17,837 nt of DNA, taken from positions 1 through 17,837 of the forward strand of contig NW_021826355.1 of the NCBI RefSeq assembly GCF_006345805.1. The letters run 5' to 3'. Every line of letters starts with the position of its first letter. The stretch's first letter is position 1. The notes beneath the pieces are model-generated. The model did not search any database. It worked only from the letters and a program-made list of their open reading frames with translations, and was not told where the DNA came from. Positions 1 through 17,125 of the stretch are shown here, in pieces. This stretch comes from Octopus sinensis (Eukaryota). The translations under genes were made by a program, and so were the position numbers.

Positions 1-130
1 ATCCACTCACAAGGCATTGGTCGGCCCGGGGCTATAGCAGAAGACACTTGCCCAAGATGCCACGCAGTGGGACTGAACCCGAGACCATGTGGTTGGTAGG
101 CAAGCTACTTACCACACAGCCACTCCTGCC
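1..130 (-). mobile_element. tRNA-derived SINE, family A, 5' head (continues off the left edge of the window)
   Basis: The reverse complement reads GGCAGGAGTGGCTGTGTGGTAAG (A-box-like), GGGTTCAGTCCC (B-box-like), then TTGGGCAAGTGTCTT (CORE-like). It is near-identical to 15661-15790 in this window. Confidence 0.9.
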
Positions 131-162
131 ACATCGTTTCCCTTTATTTATTTGTTTATTTA

Positions 163-191
163 TACGAGGGTGAGTCAACATTATATGCACC
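163..191 (+). mobile_element. Possible solo Tc1/mariner terminal inverted repeat remnant
   Basis: TA followed by CGAGGGTGAGTCA resembles the start of mariner-type TIRs (recalled pattern). I saw no partner TIR or transposase in the window. Confidence 0.3.
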
Positions 192-304
192 CTGTTTTCT
201 CAACCTATCTACACAAAAAAGTAGGGGATAAACAAGTGGGTGAGGAAGATGGGGTTAGGGGGAGCTAGGGAGCGATGGAGGGAGAAGAGAAGGAAAGGTA
301 AAAT

Positions 305-520
305 CGGCTTCAAAATATTTGGCAAAACCCAGCAAATTCTGAGGAGGGGGTTAGTCGACTACGTTGACCCCCAATCATCAAATGGTACTTACCTTATCAA
401 CTCTGAAATGATGAAAGGCAAAGTTGACCACGGCAGAATTTGAACTCAGAACGTCAAGACGGACAAAATGCCGCTAAATATCTTGCCTTGCATGCTAACG
501 ATTCTGCCAGTTCACCGTCC
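305..520 (-). mobile_element. tRNA-derived SINE, family B
   Basis: The reverse complement has TGGCAGAATCGTTAGC (A-box-like), GAGTTCAAATTC (B-box-like), the central GCCTTTCATC..TTGATAA..AAGTACC block and a TTGCCAAATATTTTGAAGCC 3' end. It aligns by eye to 2133-2347. Confidence 0.85.
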
Positions 521-866
521 CTCTAGGGAAGGATAATATCGTAGCACCGACTACCTTCAGAGTCATTGAGTACCATCTAACATCGACTGAATGTGTCGTT
601 TAGTTAAACTAAAATTGTAATGTCTTGTTCATTCAGCCGTTTTGAGGGGATTTGGCTGCTATTTCTACCACATTAGAAAAACGTACAGTGGCTCCCTCTT
701 TAGTTATATATTTATTAGATCATAACCACGTTCCTGCGTGTGTTATTTTGAAATTTGGCAAATGACCAACACTTCTGGTATACGTTCCATATTTTTCTCA
801 CTATATTTCGGTCTGTGGCACACATGGTATCCTTGAGTGAGAACCTAGTTTCTTACAACAATAGTT

Positions 867-916
867 ATCACCATAGCAACGCACCATTCGCGTAAGCATT
901 GCGTTTCTATAGTAAC
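867..916. promoter_or_regulatory. Pair of RFX X-box-like motifs
   Basis: GTTTCTATAGTAAC (903-916) fits GTHNYY-AT-RRNAAC exactly. ATCACCATAGCAAC (867-880) fits with one mismatch. A GGTAAC half-site lies at 944-949. Confidence 0.4.
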
Positions 917-1009
917 AGCATCATTTGTCGTGTGTGTGTGCTGGGTAACAAGGGACAAGCATCTGTGAAAATGATATTATACATTCAAAATGGTTTGCTA
1001 TCTTTGCAT

Positions 1010-1089
1010 TTACATACACACACACACAAACACACACGCATGCATACATACATACATACATACTAACATAATAAATACATACATATATA

Positions 1090-1120
<31 letters not shown>

Positions 1121-1190
1121 ATATATATATATTTATGGTATTACGTACGTGAACGTGTATATAGACATATATATAGAAGTATGTATATAT
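1010..1190. repeat. Compound (CA)/(TA)n microsatellite
   Basis: Direct inspection: ACAC, CATA and TATA runs. Confidence 0.9.
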
Positions 1191-1200
1191 ACTCCTTTTT

Positions 1201-1339
1201 TTTACTCTTTATTTGTTTCACGTCATTGACTGCGGCCATGCTGGAGCACCGCCTTTAGTCGAGCAAATCGACCCCAGGACTTATTCTTTGTAAGCCTAGT
1301 ACTTATTCTATCGGACTCTTTTGCCGAACCGCTAAGTTA
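1201..1339 (-). mobile_element. SINE family A, 3' portion only (5'-truncated)
   Basis: Matches 15392-15530 (TTTACTCTTT..GACTGCGGCCATGCTGGAGCACCGCCTTTA..GCCGAACCGCTAAGT). Confidence 0.9.
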
Positions 1340-1394
1340 TTATATATACAGACACATATACATATATACATATGTGTGTGTATACATGCATGTT

Positions 1395-1456
<62 letters not shown>

Positions 1457-1500
1457 CTACACGCTTACATGTATATACATGTATATACAAATGCAGATAT
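1340..1500. repeat. Compound (TA)n/(TG)n microsatellite
   Basis: Pure TG run at about 1412-1453, flanked by TA/CA variants. Confidence 0.9.
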
Positions 1501-1544
1501 ACAAATACGTACAGTCTTACACGTGTACCCCTTTGCGGGCACAC

Positions 1545-2068
1545 AATGTATCTATATTTACCTGGCCTCTTTTTAGGTAGATTATTCTGCACTTCTTGAG
1601 TTCGAATTCCATTCTAATATCAGTACCAAAACAGTGGACCGTGTTCACCAAGGAAATCATTTGTGTCTCATCCTTGCCATGTTGTTGCAAATCATCCATG
1701 AACCGGAAGTGCTTGGTTGTTTGGGACTTTCCCTTTAGTTGGTACTCCAGGATCATTCTCCTAAGTACGAAGGTCAGTGGAATCATGCAGAGAACAAAAA
1801 GTAAAAGAGATTGGTTATCACTCTGGAAAATCCCTCTTCTGATATCCAGGGTGCCCAAGCTTTTTCCGTAAGATGTCAGTTCAGTTTTCCGCCCCACCAT
1901 ACTTCTCTTCAGGAAGCACGTTTCATTCTTCGCAATTCCAAACAGATCTAGGTGCTCGATGATCCACGAATGTGGAATCTTATCATAAGCTTTGAGATAA
2001 TCAATCTAGGTCATTCCTAGATGTGTTCTCCTTCCTTTACAATCTTGCATTACCATTTTGCCTATCAA
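1545..2068 (-). mobile_element. Decayed non-LTR retrotransposon reverse transcriptase fragment, R4/Dong clade
   Basis: One minus-strand frame reads LIGKMVMQDCKGRRTHLGMT*IDYLKAYDKIPHSWI..RRGIFQSDNQSLLLFVLCMIPL..HFRFMDDLQQHGK..SLVNTVHCFGTDIRMEFELKKC..KRGQV. This matches the R4/Dong motifs WIDYKKAYDxVPHSWI, RGIFQGDSLSPLLF, HLLFMDDLKLY and DIGMEFGxxKC. There is an in-frame TAG at the conserved Trp (2006-2008), and QGD has become QSD. Confidence 0.88.
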
Positions 2069-2070
2069 TG

Positions 2071-2124
2071 GCTGGCCTTGTACCAATATTTGAAACCGCT
2101 ATTATTGTTGTTGTTGTTGCTATT
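2071..2124 (+). mobile_element. SINE family B, 3' tail fragment with ATT/GTT tail
   Basis: GCTGGCCTTGTACCAATATTTGAAACC followed by ATTATTGTTGTTG matches the 3' ends at 2307-2347 and 305-335 (reverse complement). Confidence 0.7.
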
Positions 2125-2132
2125 GCGACTGC

Positions 2133-2347
2133 GCGGCGACTAGCTGGCAGGGTCGTTAACGCGCTGAACAAAGTGCTAAGCCGCATTTCTTCTCAGTTCA
2201 AATTCTGTCGAGGTCAGCTTTGCCTTTCATCCTCTCGTGGTCGATAAAATAAGCACCAGTTGAGCACTGGGTCAATGTAGTCGACTTTCCCCGCCTTCCA
2301 ACATTGCAGGCCTTGTGCCAAAACCAGAATAAATTACTGTTATTATT
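2133..2347 (+). mobile_element. tRNA-derived SINE, family B, near full length
   Basis: A-box-like TAGCTGGCAGGGTCG, B-box-like CAGTTCAAATTC, central GCCTTTCATCCTCTCGTGGTCGATAAAATAAGCACCAG, 3' GGCCTTGTGCCAAAA and an ATT-like tail. Confidence 0.85.
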
Positions 2348-2433
2348 TATCCTTTCGGGGTCGATCTACTTGACTCCTCTTCTCCTCAGAATTGTTTAGC
2401 CTTGTGCCAAAATTAGAAAGCATTAGTATCATT
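2348..2433 (+). mobile_element. SINE family B, internally deleted 3' fragment
   Basis: ATCCTTTCGGGGTCGAT..CCTCAGAATTG..GCCTTGTGCCAAAATTAGAAAGC followed by an ATT-like tail. Confidence 0.7.
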
Positions 2434-2544
2434 ATGGACATTTCCTACCCTTCCCTCTTTCCTTTTTCATCTTCACAATTTTCCTTCTTATTTTCCTTCA
2501 ACACCGTCTGCCTATAACGTCTCTTTTTTTTTTTCAATTCATTC

Positions 2545-2620
2545 TTTTCCCAACCACCACCCCCTCCTCCTCCTTCCCTCCTCCTCATCCTCCTCATCCT
2601 CTTCCTCCTCTGTCATCTCC
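2545..2620. repeat. Pyrimidine-rich (CCT)n low-complexity tract
   Basis: CCTCCTCCTTCCCTCCTCCTCATCCTCCTCATCC. Confidence 0.75.
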
Positions 2621-2855
2621 TTCATTTGACTTCTTCCTATTCTCCTTTCAGTTTTCCTTCTTCGATTTCTGTTTACCATCGTCAGGTTTGTCTGTCGCAA
2701 ACAATCATCGTAGAATGCCGTCTGCTCTGTAATGGCGTCCCGGTCAGCTATACTTAGCCTGACTTTTAATAGAGCTAAATGGTCGCCTTATCTGACAGGA
2801 ACCAATCTTCAACGATTTTTGTTTGTTTGTTTTATTCGTTTACAGCCATTACTGC

Positions 2856-2876
2856 ACTACACACACACACACACAC

Positions 2877-2921
<45 letters not shown>

Positions 2922-2945
2922 CACACACACATACATACATTCATA
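2856..2945. repeat. (CA)n microsatellite, interrupted
   Basis: Direct inspection. Confidence 0.95.
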
Positions 2946-3506
2946 CAAACACATTCTTATAAAAATGCATGCATAAATGCACATGCAAAATCTTACACTT
3001 ATATAAACAAAATGGCAATGTATTTACTCATACGTACATCAACACATACAAGGATACATACTTAAATACATAATGAATAACACAGACATTTTCATCTCGT
3101 ATAGATAGCAGAAACAGGAATTGATACATGTATAATATGGGTGCAAAAAATATATATCATATATCTATGTCTGAGTGATAGAGAAACGGAAAGAAGAGAC
3201 AGACAGACAGAGTATGTGTAAGTATATGTGTATGTATATGAGAAAGCTAATGTCAGTTCATAAAGTGGTCGTGTGCAATGTGTTGTAAAAACAGCGAGCA
3301 TTTCGTTAATGTAAATTCGGTCAGACATGACTATACAAACCAGTAAATTGGAATGAAAAACTTTGCAACTTAACCAAAGAAAAATAACAAAATACAAAGC
3401 AAAACCTAAGTCTTTAAGGTTTCATTTACAATTGCAAATATCTTCGGAAGACTTATTAAAGAGATTGGTACATTTGTAAGGTTGCTTTATTATTAATTTT
3501 TTTCAG

Positions 3507-3581
3507 CACTCAAAGTATATATAATTTTATACACCAAAACGATTTGGTGAAACGGAGGCTTGTATCGAAAGAGTATCAAAA
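3507..3581 (+). other. Candidate 75-nt internal coding exon (unverified)
   Basis: Acceptor TTAATTTTTTTCAG| and donor AA|GTAAAA. The length is a multiple of 3, and one frame is open (TQSIYNFIHQNDLVKRRLVSKEYQK). I do not recognise any homology. Confidence 0.15.
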
Positions 3582-3656
3582 GTAAAATGTTTGAAGTGGT
3601 GTACGTGTTTGTGTGTGTACGTATGTATGTATATATACATGTATACCTACGTATGT

Positions 3657-3814
3657 GAAGGCACATAACCTAGTCGTAAGGGTGTTGCACTCACGATTGC
3701 TAGATCGAGTGTTCGATTCCCGAACCGGGCGTCGTGTTGTGTTCTTGTGCAAAGCACTCCATTTCTCTCAGCTCCAGTCCACTCAGCTGCAAATGGGTCA
3801 CATTCCGACAGAAT
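3657..3814 (+). mobile_element. tRNA-derived SINE, family C, 3'-truncated copy
   Basis: Degenerate A box AACCTAGTCG, B box GTTCGATTCCC, and a CORE/V-like body GTGTTCTTGTGCAAAGCACT..GCTCCAGTCCACTCAGCTGCAAATGGGT. About 92% identical to 4474-4631. Confidence 0.8.
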
Positions 3815-4114
3815 GTTTGAATCTCTAAAGCAAAATTCTTCACCGTTTCCTTATTTTGGCTGCACGATTTTATATCTCAACTATTGTTTTGTAGATAATA
3901 AAATAAATTCGCCATCGTCTGAAGATGACCAGATTTGTGACCAAAAGACTCGAGAATTTTCTACAACGGAAATTCATTTATTGTTTTGCATGTTTTTGTT
4001 CTTATTCCATTTACGAACAGATTACTTCGTAACCGTCATAACAACTCTACAGATTATAAAAAAATAATTTGATAGTAGGACAGTAAAGCAAGTACAGTAC
4101 ATAAACAAGACAGG

Positions 4115-4192
4115 CACACACATACACACACGCGCGCACACGTACAGACACACGCGTACATATATTTATGTGTTTATGCCTATGTGTGTGCT

Positions 4193-4264
<72 letters not shown>

Positions 4265-4383
4265 TATACATACATATATATATGCATACATATATATATA
4301 TATATATACACATGTACATATACGTATACATACATATATAGGTATATGTACATATATATATATGTGTGCATATATATGTGTGC

Positions 4384-4422
<39 letters not shown>

Positions 4423-4460
4423 TGTGTTGGTGTGTGTATGTATGTATATATATACATGTA
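4115..4460. repeat. Compound (CA)/(TA)n/(TG)n microsatellite
   Basis: Pure TA run at about 4198-4258, then TG runs. Confidence 0.95.
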
Positions 4461-4473
4461 TATCTACGTATGT

Positions 4474-4755
4474 GAAGGCATATAACCTAGTCGCTAGGTT
4501 GTTGCACTCACGATTGCTAGATCGAGTGTTCGATTTCCGAACCGGGCGACGTGTTGTGTTCTTGAGCAAACCACTCCATTTCCCTCAGCTCCAGTCCACT
4601 CAGCTGTAAATGGGTCGCCCTCCGACAGAATAGTCTTCCGATCCGGCGGAATGTTGGTTTGCTCTTCTAGCCAGCAGGGTGATATCATTCGAAGACTAAA
4701 ATAGTGCGAAGCGTATTGTGACCATCGATGTATGCTCCATCCGATACTCTGATTA
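4474..4755 (+). mobile_element. tRNA-derived SINE, family C, longer copy
   Basis: Same head and body as 3657-3814. The right boundary beyond 4631 is estimated from recalled similarity only. Confidence 0.75.
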
Positions 4756-4761
4756 ATACCA

Positions 4762-4765
<4 letters not shown>

Positions 4766-4796
<31 letters not shown>

Positions 4797-4822
4797 CGTG
4801 TGTGTCTGTGTGTGTGCACGTG
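4766..4822. repeat. (TG)n microsatellite
   Basis: Direct inspection. Confidence 0.9.
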
Positions 4823-4879
4823 TATTCTCTACATGCATATAAGTCTTATGAATTTATTATATTTACATGTATTAGTACT

Positions 4880-5416
4880 ATTGAGTGAGGGAGCAGTGCA
4901 TGCCATCCAAGTGACACTGGGGTACAAATATACGAATCCCACTATACGCATCATGACTACCCGTCTGGTAAGGGTACACCAGGCACATGTATCACAACCA
5001 TATTTACGCGACATGGTGATATCATATCAAGATAAACAGGGCATGACCTTGCAGGTGGCGCCCAGTTAGAATCTTCTTCAGGTGGAGTCGCCCATCTCAC
5101 TCAAAAGGGCCTTGAATAAAGGTTAAGGATCTTGAACAAAACAACCATGTTTCCAGAGGTGAATTATTTAAACTCAAAAGAATTCCCCTCAACACATAGC
5201 TATGATGCTCTCCCACTACTTCTACTCGTGATCAGAGATGCACATATCGTCTGCCCCCAAGAGACATGATCAAGTGGTTATGGTCAAACAAGTGACCAGC
5301 ATATTTGGTGTTGAGCAGAATATTTGCTGTAGCCCATCTTTTATACCAAGAGAAAACAATGTACATGATAACACTTCCAATCAGTTAAGATCAGAAGCCA
5401 TGAGAGCCGCTGTCTG
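4880..5416. mobile_element. Approximately 540-bp interspersed repeat of unclear class, abutting the (ATT)n array
   Basis: Recalled as an abundant octopus repeat usually bordered by ATT/AAT runs. It is more GC-rich than its flanks, preceded by degenerate ATT (ATTAGTACTATT) and followed by perfect (ATT)n. It is single-copy in this window, so the identity cannot be verified here. Confidence 0.45.
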
Positions 5417-14829
<9,413 letters not shown>

Positions 14830-14833
14830 GATA

Positions 14834-14868
14834 CTGATGATGTATTTCCAATACTGTGAAATACGCAT
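14834..14868 (+). ncRNA. Hammerhead-ribozyme-like core motif (possibly a Penelope pLTR remnant; probably degenerate)
   Basis: CTGATGA (14834-14840), hairpin GTATT-TCC-AATAC, GAAA (14858-14861), then TACGCATA. The stem I and stem II closing pairs are poor. Confidence 0.25.
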
Positions 14869-14912
14869 AACACGGAATTAAAGATATAAAAGATATATCA
14901 CATTTTCCAGTC

Positions 14913-14915
<3 letters not shown>

Positions 14916-14948
<33 letters not shown>
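14916..14948. repeat. (CA)n microsatellite
   Basis: Direct inspection. Confidence 0.95.
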
Positions 14949-14952
<4 letters not shown>

Positions 14953-15114
14953 GAGATAGTGAGGGGGAGAATGACAGAGTGATAACTACAGACACACAAT
15001 TACTGTATGTGTTAGACAATGTTCCGCCATTGAATTTTCTTTTTTCATTTGGTTGTCGGTTGATGCTAAACAGATGTTTTGAAATGTGTTAAAATGTAAA
15101 TGGAGTCAACTGAA

Positions 15115-15149
15115 AAGTTAAAGGTTAACAACCTAGAGGTTAAAGGTCA
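15115..15149 (+). promoter_or_regulatory. Two tandem DR1-like nuclear receptor elements
   Basis: AAGTTA-A-AGGTTA (15115-15127) and AGGTTA-A-AGGTCA (15137-15149), compared with the consensus AGGTCA-N-AGGTCA. Confidence 0.2.
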
Positions 15150-15381
15150 AACATGTGAATGTTATTAAAAGAAGCGTTTGACTGATAACACGTTCCTATA
15201 ATCGATATCACTCCATATCTGAAAGCTACTGCAAATCATTTGATCTGTTCTGTTTAATTTATTCTCAACCAATGAAGTCTGTTGTTAAGGCAGGGGGAGA
15301 TAACTTTTTATTGTCATTTAAGCGGCCTCCACCGAAATGCGTTTCACCTCGCAGCGCTAGAAATCTCTTGTCTTTCACTAG

Positions 15382-15793
15382 CTTTACTCTTTTACTCTTT
15401 TACTTGTTTCAGTCATTTGACTGCGGCCATGCTGGAGCACCGCCTTTAATCGAGCAACTCGACACCGGGACTTATTCTTTGTAAGGCCAGTACTAATTCT
15501 ATCGGTTTCTTTTGCCGAACCGCTAAGTAACGGGGACATAAACACACCAGCATCGGTTGTCAAGCAATGCTAGGGGGACAAACACAACCATACACGCACA
15601 CATATATATATACATATATATACATATATACGACGGGCTTCTTTCAGTTTCCGTCTACCAAATCCACTCACAAGGCTTTGGTCGGCCCGAGGCTATAGTA
15701 GAAGATACTTGCCCAAGGTGCCGCGCAGTGGGACTGAACCCGGAACCATGTGGTTGGTAAACAAGCTACTTACCACACAGCCACTCATGCGCC
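15382..15793 (-). mobile_element. Full-length (about 410 bp) tRNA-derived SINE, family A, with internal TA/TG microsatellite
   Basis: The reverse complement has the A box TGGCTGTGTGG, the B box GGGTTCAGTCCC, CORE-like ACCTTGGGCAAGT, an internal (TA/TG) tract at about 15590-15630 and a 3' (AGTAAAAG)n tail. It is homologous to 1-130, 1201-1339 and 16834-17125. Confidence 0.93.
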
Positions 15794-16007
15794 TAACTTT
15801 GGTAAATCTTCAATATCATATTGTATGACAGGCCAGTCCCTTGCAGATCAAGCAATCTGTCTTACCATCAAACTATCATACTCTTCGAGTGATACCTCCA
15901 ACGGATTGATGACTGAATTACTTCGGTTTTACACTTGGTTCTGAGACGCTCCGTCGCTTAAATGAGGTTGGATTCTGATTTACTTCCCTTGAAATTCCGT
16001 GGGATAG

Positions 16008-16052
16008 GTTTTCTCACCAACGACTTCGGCTGAAAAAGTTCATAGTATTCGC
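16008..16052 (+). other. Candidate 45-nt exon (unverified)
   Basis: GATAG| acceptor (weak) and CGC|GTAAGC donor. The phase 0-0 frame reads VFSPTTSAEKVHSIR. Confidence 0.15.
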
Positions 16053-16074
16053 GTAAGCGCGCTTTATTATATTT

Positions 16075-16411
16075 ACTACTACTTCTACGACGACTAACAC
16101 TTCTACCACTACAAATACTACTACAACTACTACTACTACTGCAACTGCTGCTACTACTACTACTACCATCACTACTACTAACACTGCTGTAGTTGCTGCT
16201 GGTGCTGCTACTACTACTACTACTATTACTACTACTACTACTACTACTACTACAACTACTACTATAACTGCTGCAACTACTACTACTACCATCACTACTA
16301 CTAACACTGCTGCAGTTGCTGCTGCTGCTACTACTACAACTACTACTACTACTACAACTGCTGCAACTACTACTACTACCATCACTACTACTAACACTGC
16401 TGCAGCTGCTG

Positions 16412-16442
<31 letters not shown>

Positions 16443-16605
16443 AACTGCTGCAACTACTACTACTACCATCACTACTACTAACACTGCTGCAGTTGCTGCT
16501 GGTGCTGCTACTACTACTACTACTACTACAACTACTACTACAACTGCTACTACTACTACTACCATCAATATTACTAACACTGCTGCAGTTGCTGCTACTA
16601 CTATT
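16075..16605. repeat. Compound (ACT)n/(GCT)n minisatellite with five higher-order units
   Basis: The marker ACCATCACTACTACTAACACTGCTG(C/T)AG(T/C)TGCTGCT, or a close variant, occurs at 16165, 16288, 16378, 16465 and 16561. Confidence 0.93.
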
Positions 16606-16689
16606 GTTTAATGTCTTGACTAATTTCGTGTGGCTATCAATCGGAGATTATCTAACCCTTGTATTTTTACTTCATTTACTTTTACACAG

Positions 16690-16809
16690 ACGCAACCGTT
16701 GTTGTCCTATCTCGTTCGCATAAAGAAGCCTAGTATTACTCGAATAGGCTTGTTTCATTCTGCACTCATTGCCTTCTTAATCGTTTTCTATAAACGTTTT
16801 GCATCTTAA
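16690..16809 (+). other. Candidate terminal exon behind a textbook 3' splice site (unverified)
   Basis: Branch point CTAAC (16652-16656), a roughly 30-nt pyrimidine tract and CAG| (16687-16689). A 39-codon open frame reads TQPLLSYLVRIKKPSITRIGLFHSALIAFLIVFYKRFAS*. Confidence 0.25.
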
Positions 16810-16833
16810 TTCTTTATTGTTTACATACCACAA

Positions 16834-16983
16834 CAGGCATGGCTGTGTGATAAGAAGCTTCCTTCATAAGCACATGGTTCCGGGTTCGGTCCTACTGCGT
16901 GGGAAGTGTCTTCTACTAAAGCCTCAGCCCGACCAAAGCCTTGTGAGTGGATTTGGTTGACAGAAACTGGAAGAAGCCTCTCC

Positions 16984-17047
<64 letters not shown>

Positions 17048-17125
17048 CATGTATATATATATATATTTGTGTCACTTTGTTTGTCCATCACCATCACCGT
17101 TTAACAACCACTGTTGGTGTGTTTA
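16834..17125 (+). mobile_element. SINE family A, diverged 3'-truncated copy with expanded internal microsatellite
   Basis: GGCATGGCTGTGTGATAAG..GGTTCCGGGTTCGGTCC..GACCAAAGCCTTGTGAGTGGATTTGG, then (TA)(TG)n at 16984-17066. It has a short deletion at the CORE start relative to the 15382-15793 copy. Confidence 0.88.

Noticed and set aside
251-282. Four G-tracts (possible G-quadruplex) containing one TTAGGG
   Set aside because: It is an isolated purine-rich low-complexity patch with a long third loop and no supporting context.
620-705. Short segment (GGGATTTGGCTGCTATTTCTA..GGCTCCCTC) vaguely recalled as another octopus repeat
   Set aside because: It is single-copy here and too degraded to define boundaries or class without a library search.
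2352-2390. Minus-strand CTGAGGA...GAAA hammerhead-like spacing
   Set aside because: It lies inside a SINE fragment and no stem II can form.
2530-2790. Minus-strand open frame ending in EEEEDEEDEEE
   Set aside because: The acidic run comes from the (CCT)n tract, there is no usable splice acceptor or donor in frame, and no recognisable homology.
3895-4067. Possible exon after TTGTTTTGTAG (DNKINSPSSEDDQICDQK...)
   Set aside because: There is no convincing donor, and the phase is incompatible with the 3507-3581 candidate.
990-4838. ORFs rich in YI, CV or HT dipeptides in the ORF track
   Set aside because: They are translations of (TA)n, (TG)n and (CA)n microsatellites, which lack stops in some frames.
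15725-15793. tRNA genes at the SINE heads (also 60-130, 440-520, 2133-2205, 3657-3725, 4474-4545 and 16834-16895)
   Set aside because: A and B boxes are present, but no complete cloverleaf is evident and each runs into a SINE body.
15270-16056. Protein-looking frames on both strands around the SINE (for example minus VINPLEVSLEEYDSLM..WPVIQYDIEDLPKL and plus YFGFTLGSETLRRLNEVGF*..EIPWDRF)
   Set aside because: Both strands give stop-interrupted peptides with no motif I can name, so this is likely over-reading. A tBLASTx or Dfam search would settle it.
16014-16723. 188-aa poly-Val and 135-aa poly-Leu ORFs
   Set aside because: These are alternative frames of the ACT/GCT triplet repeat with no non-repetitive domain.
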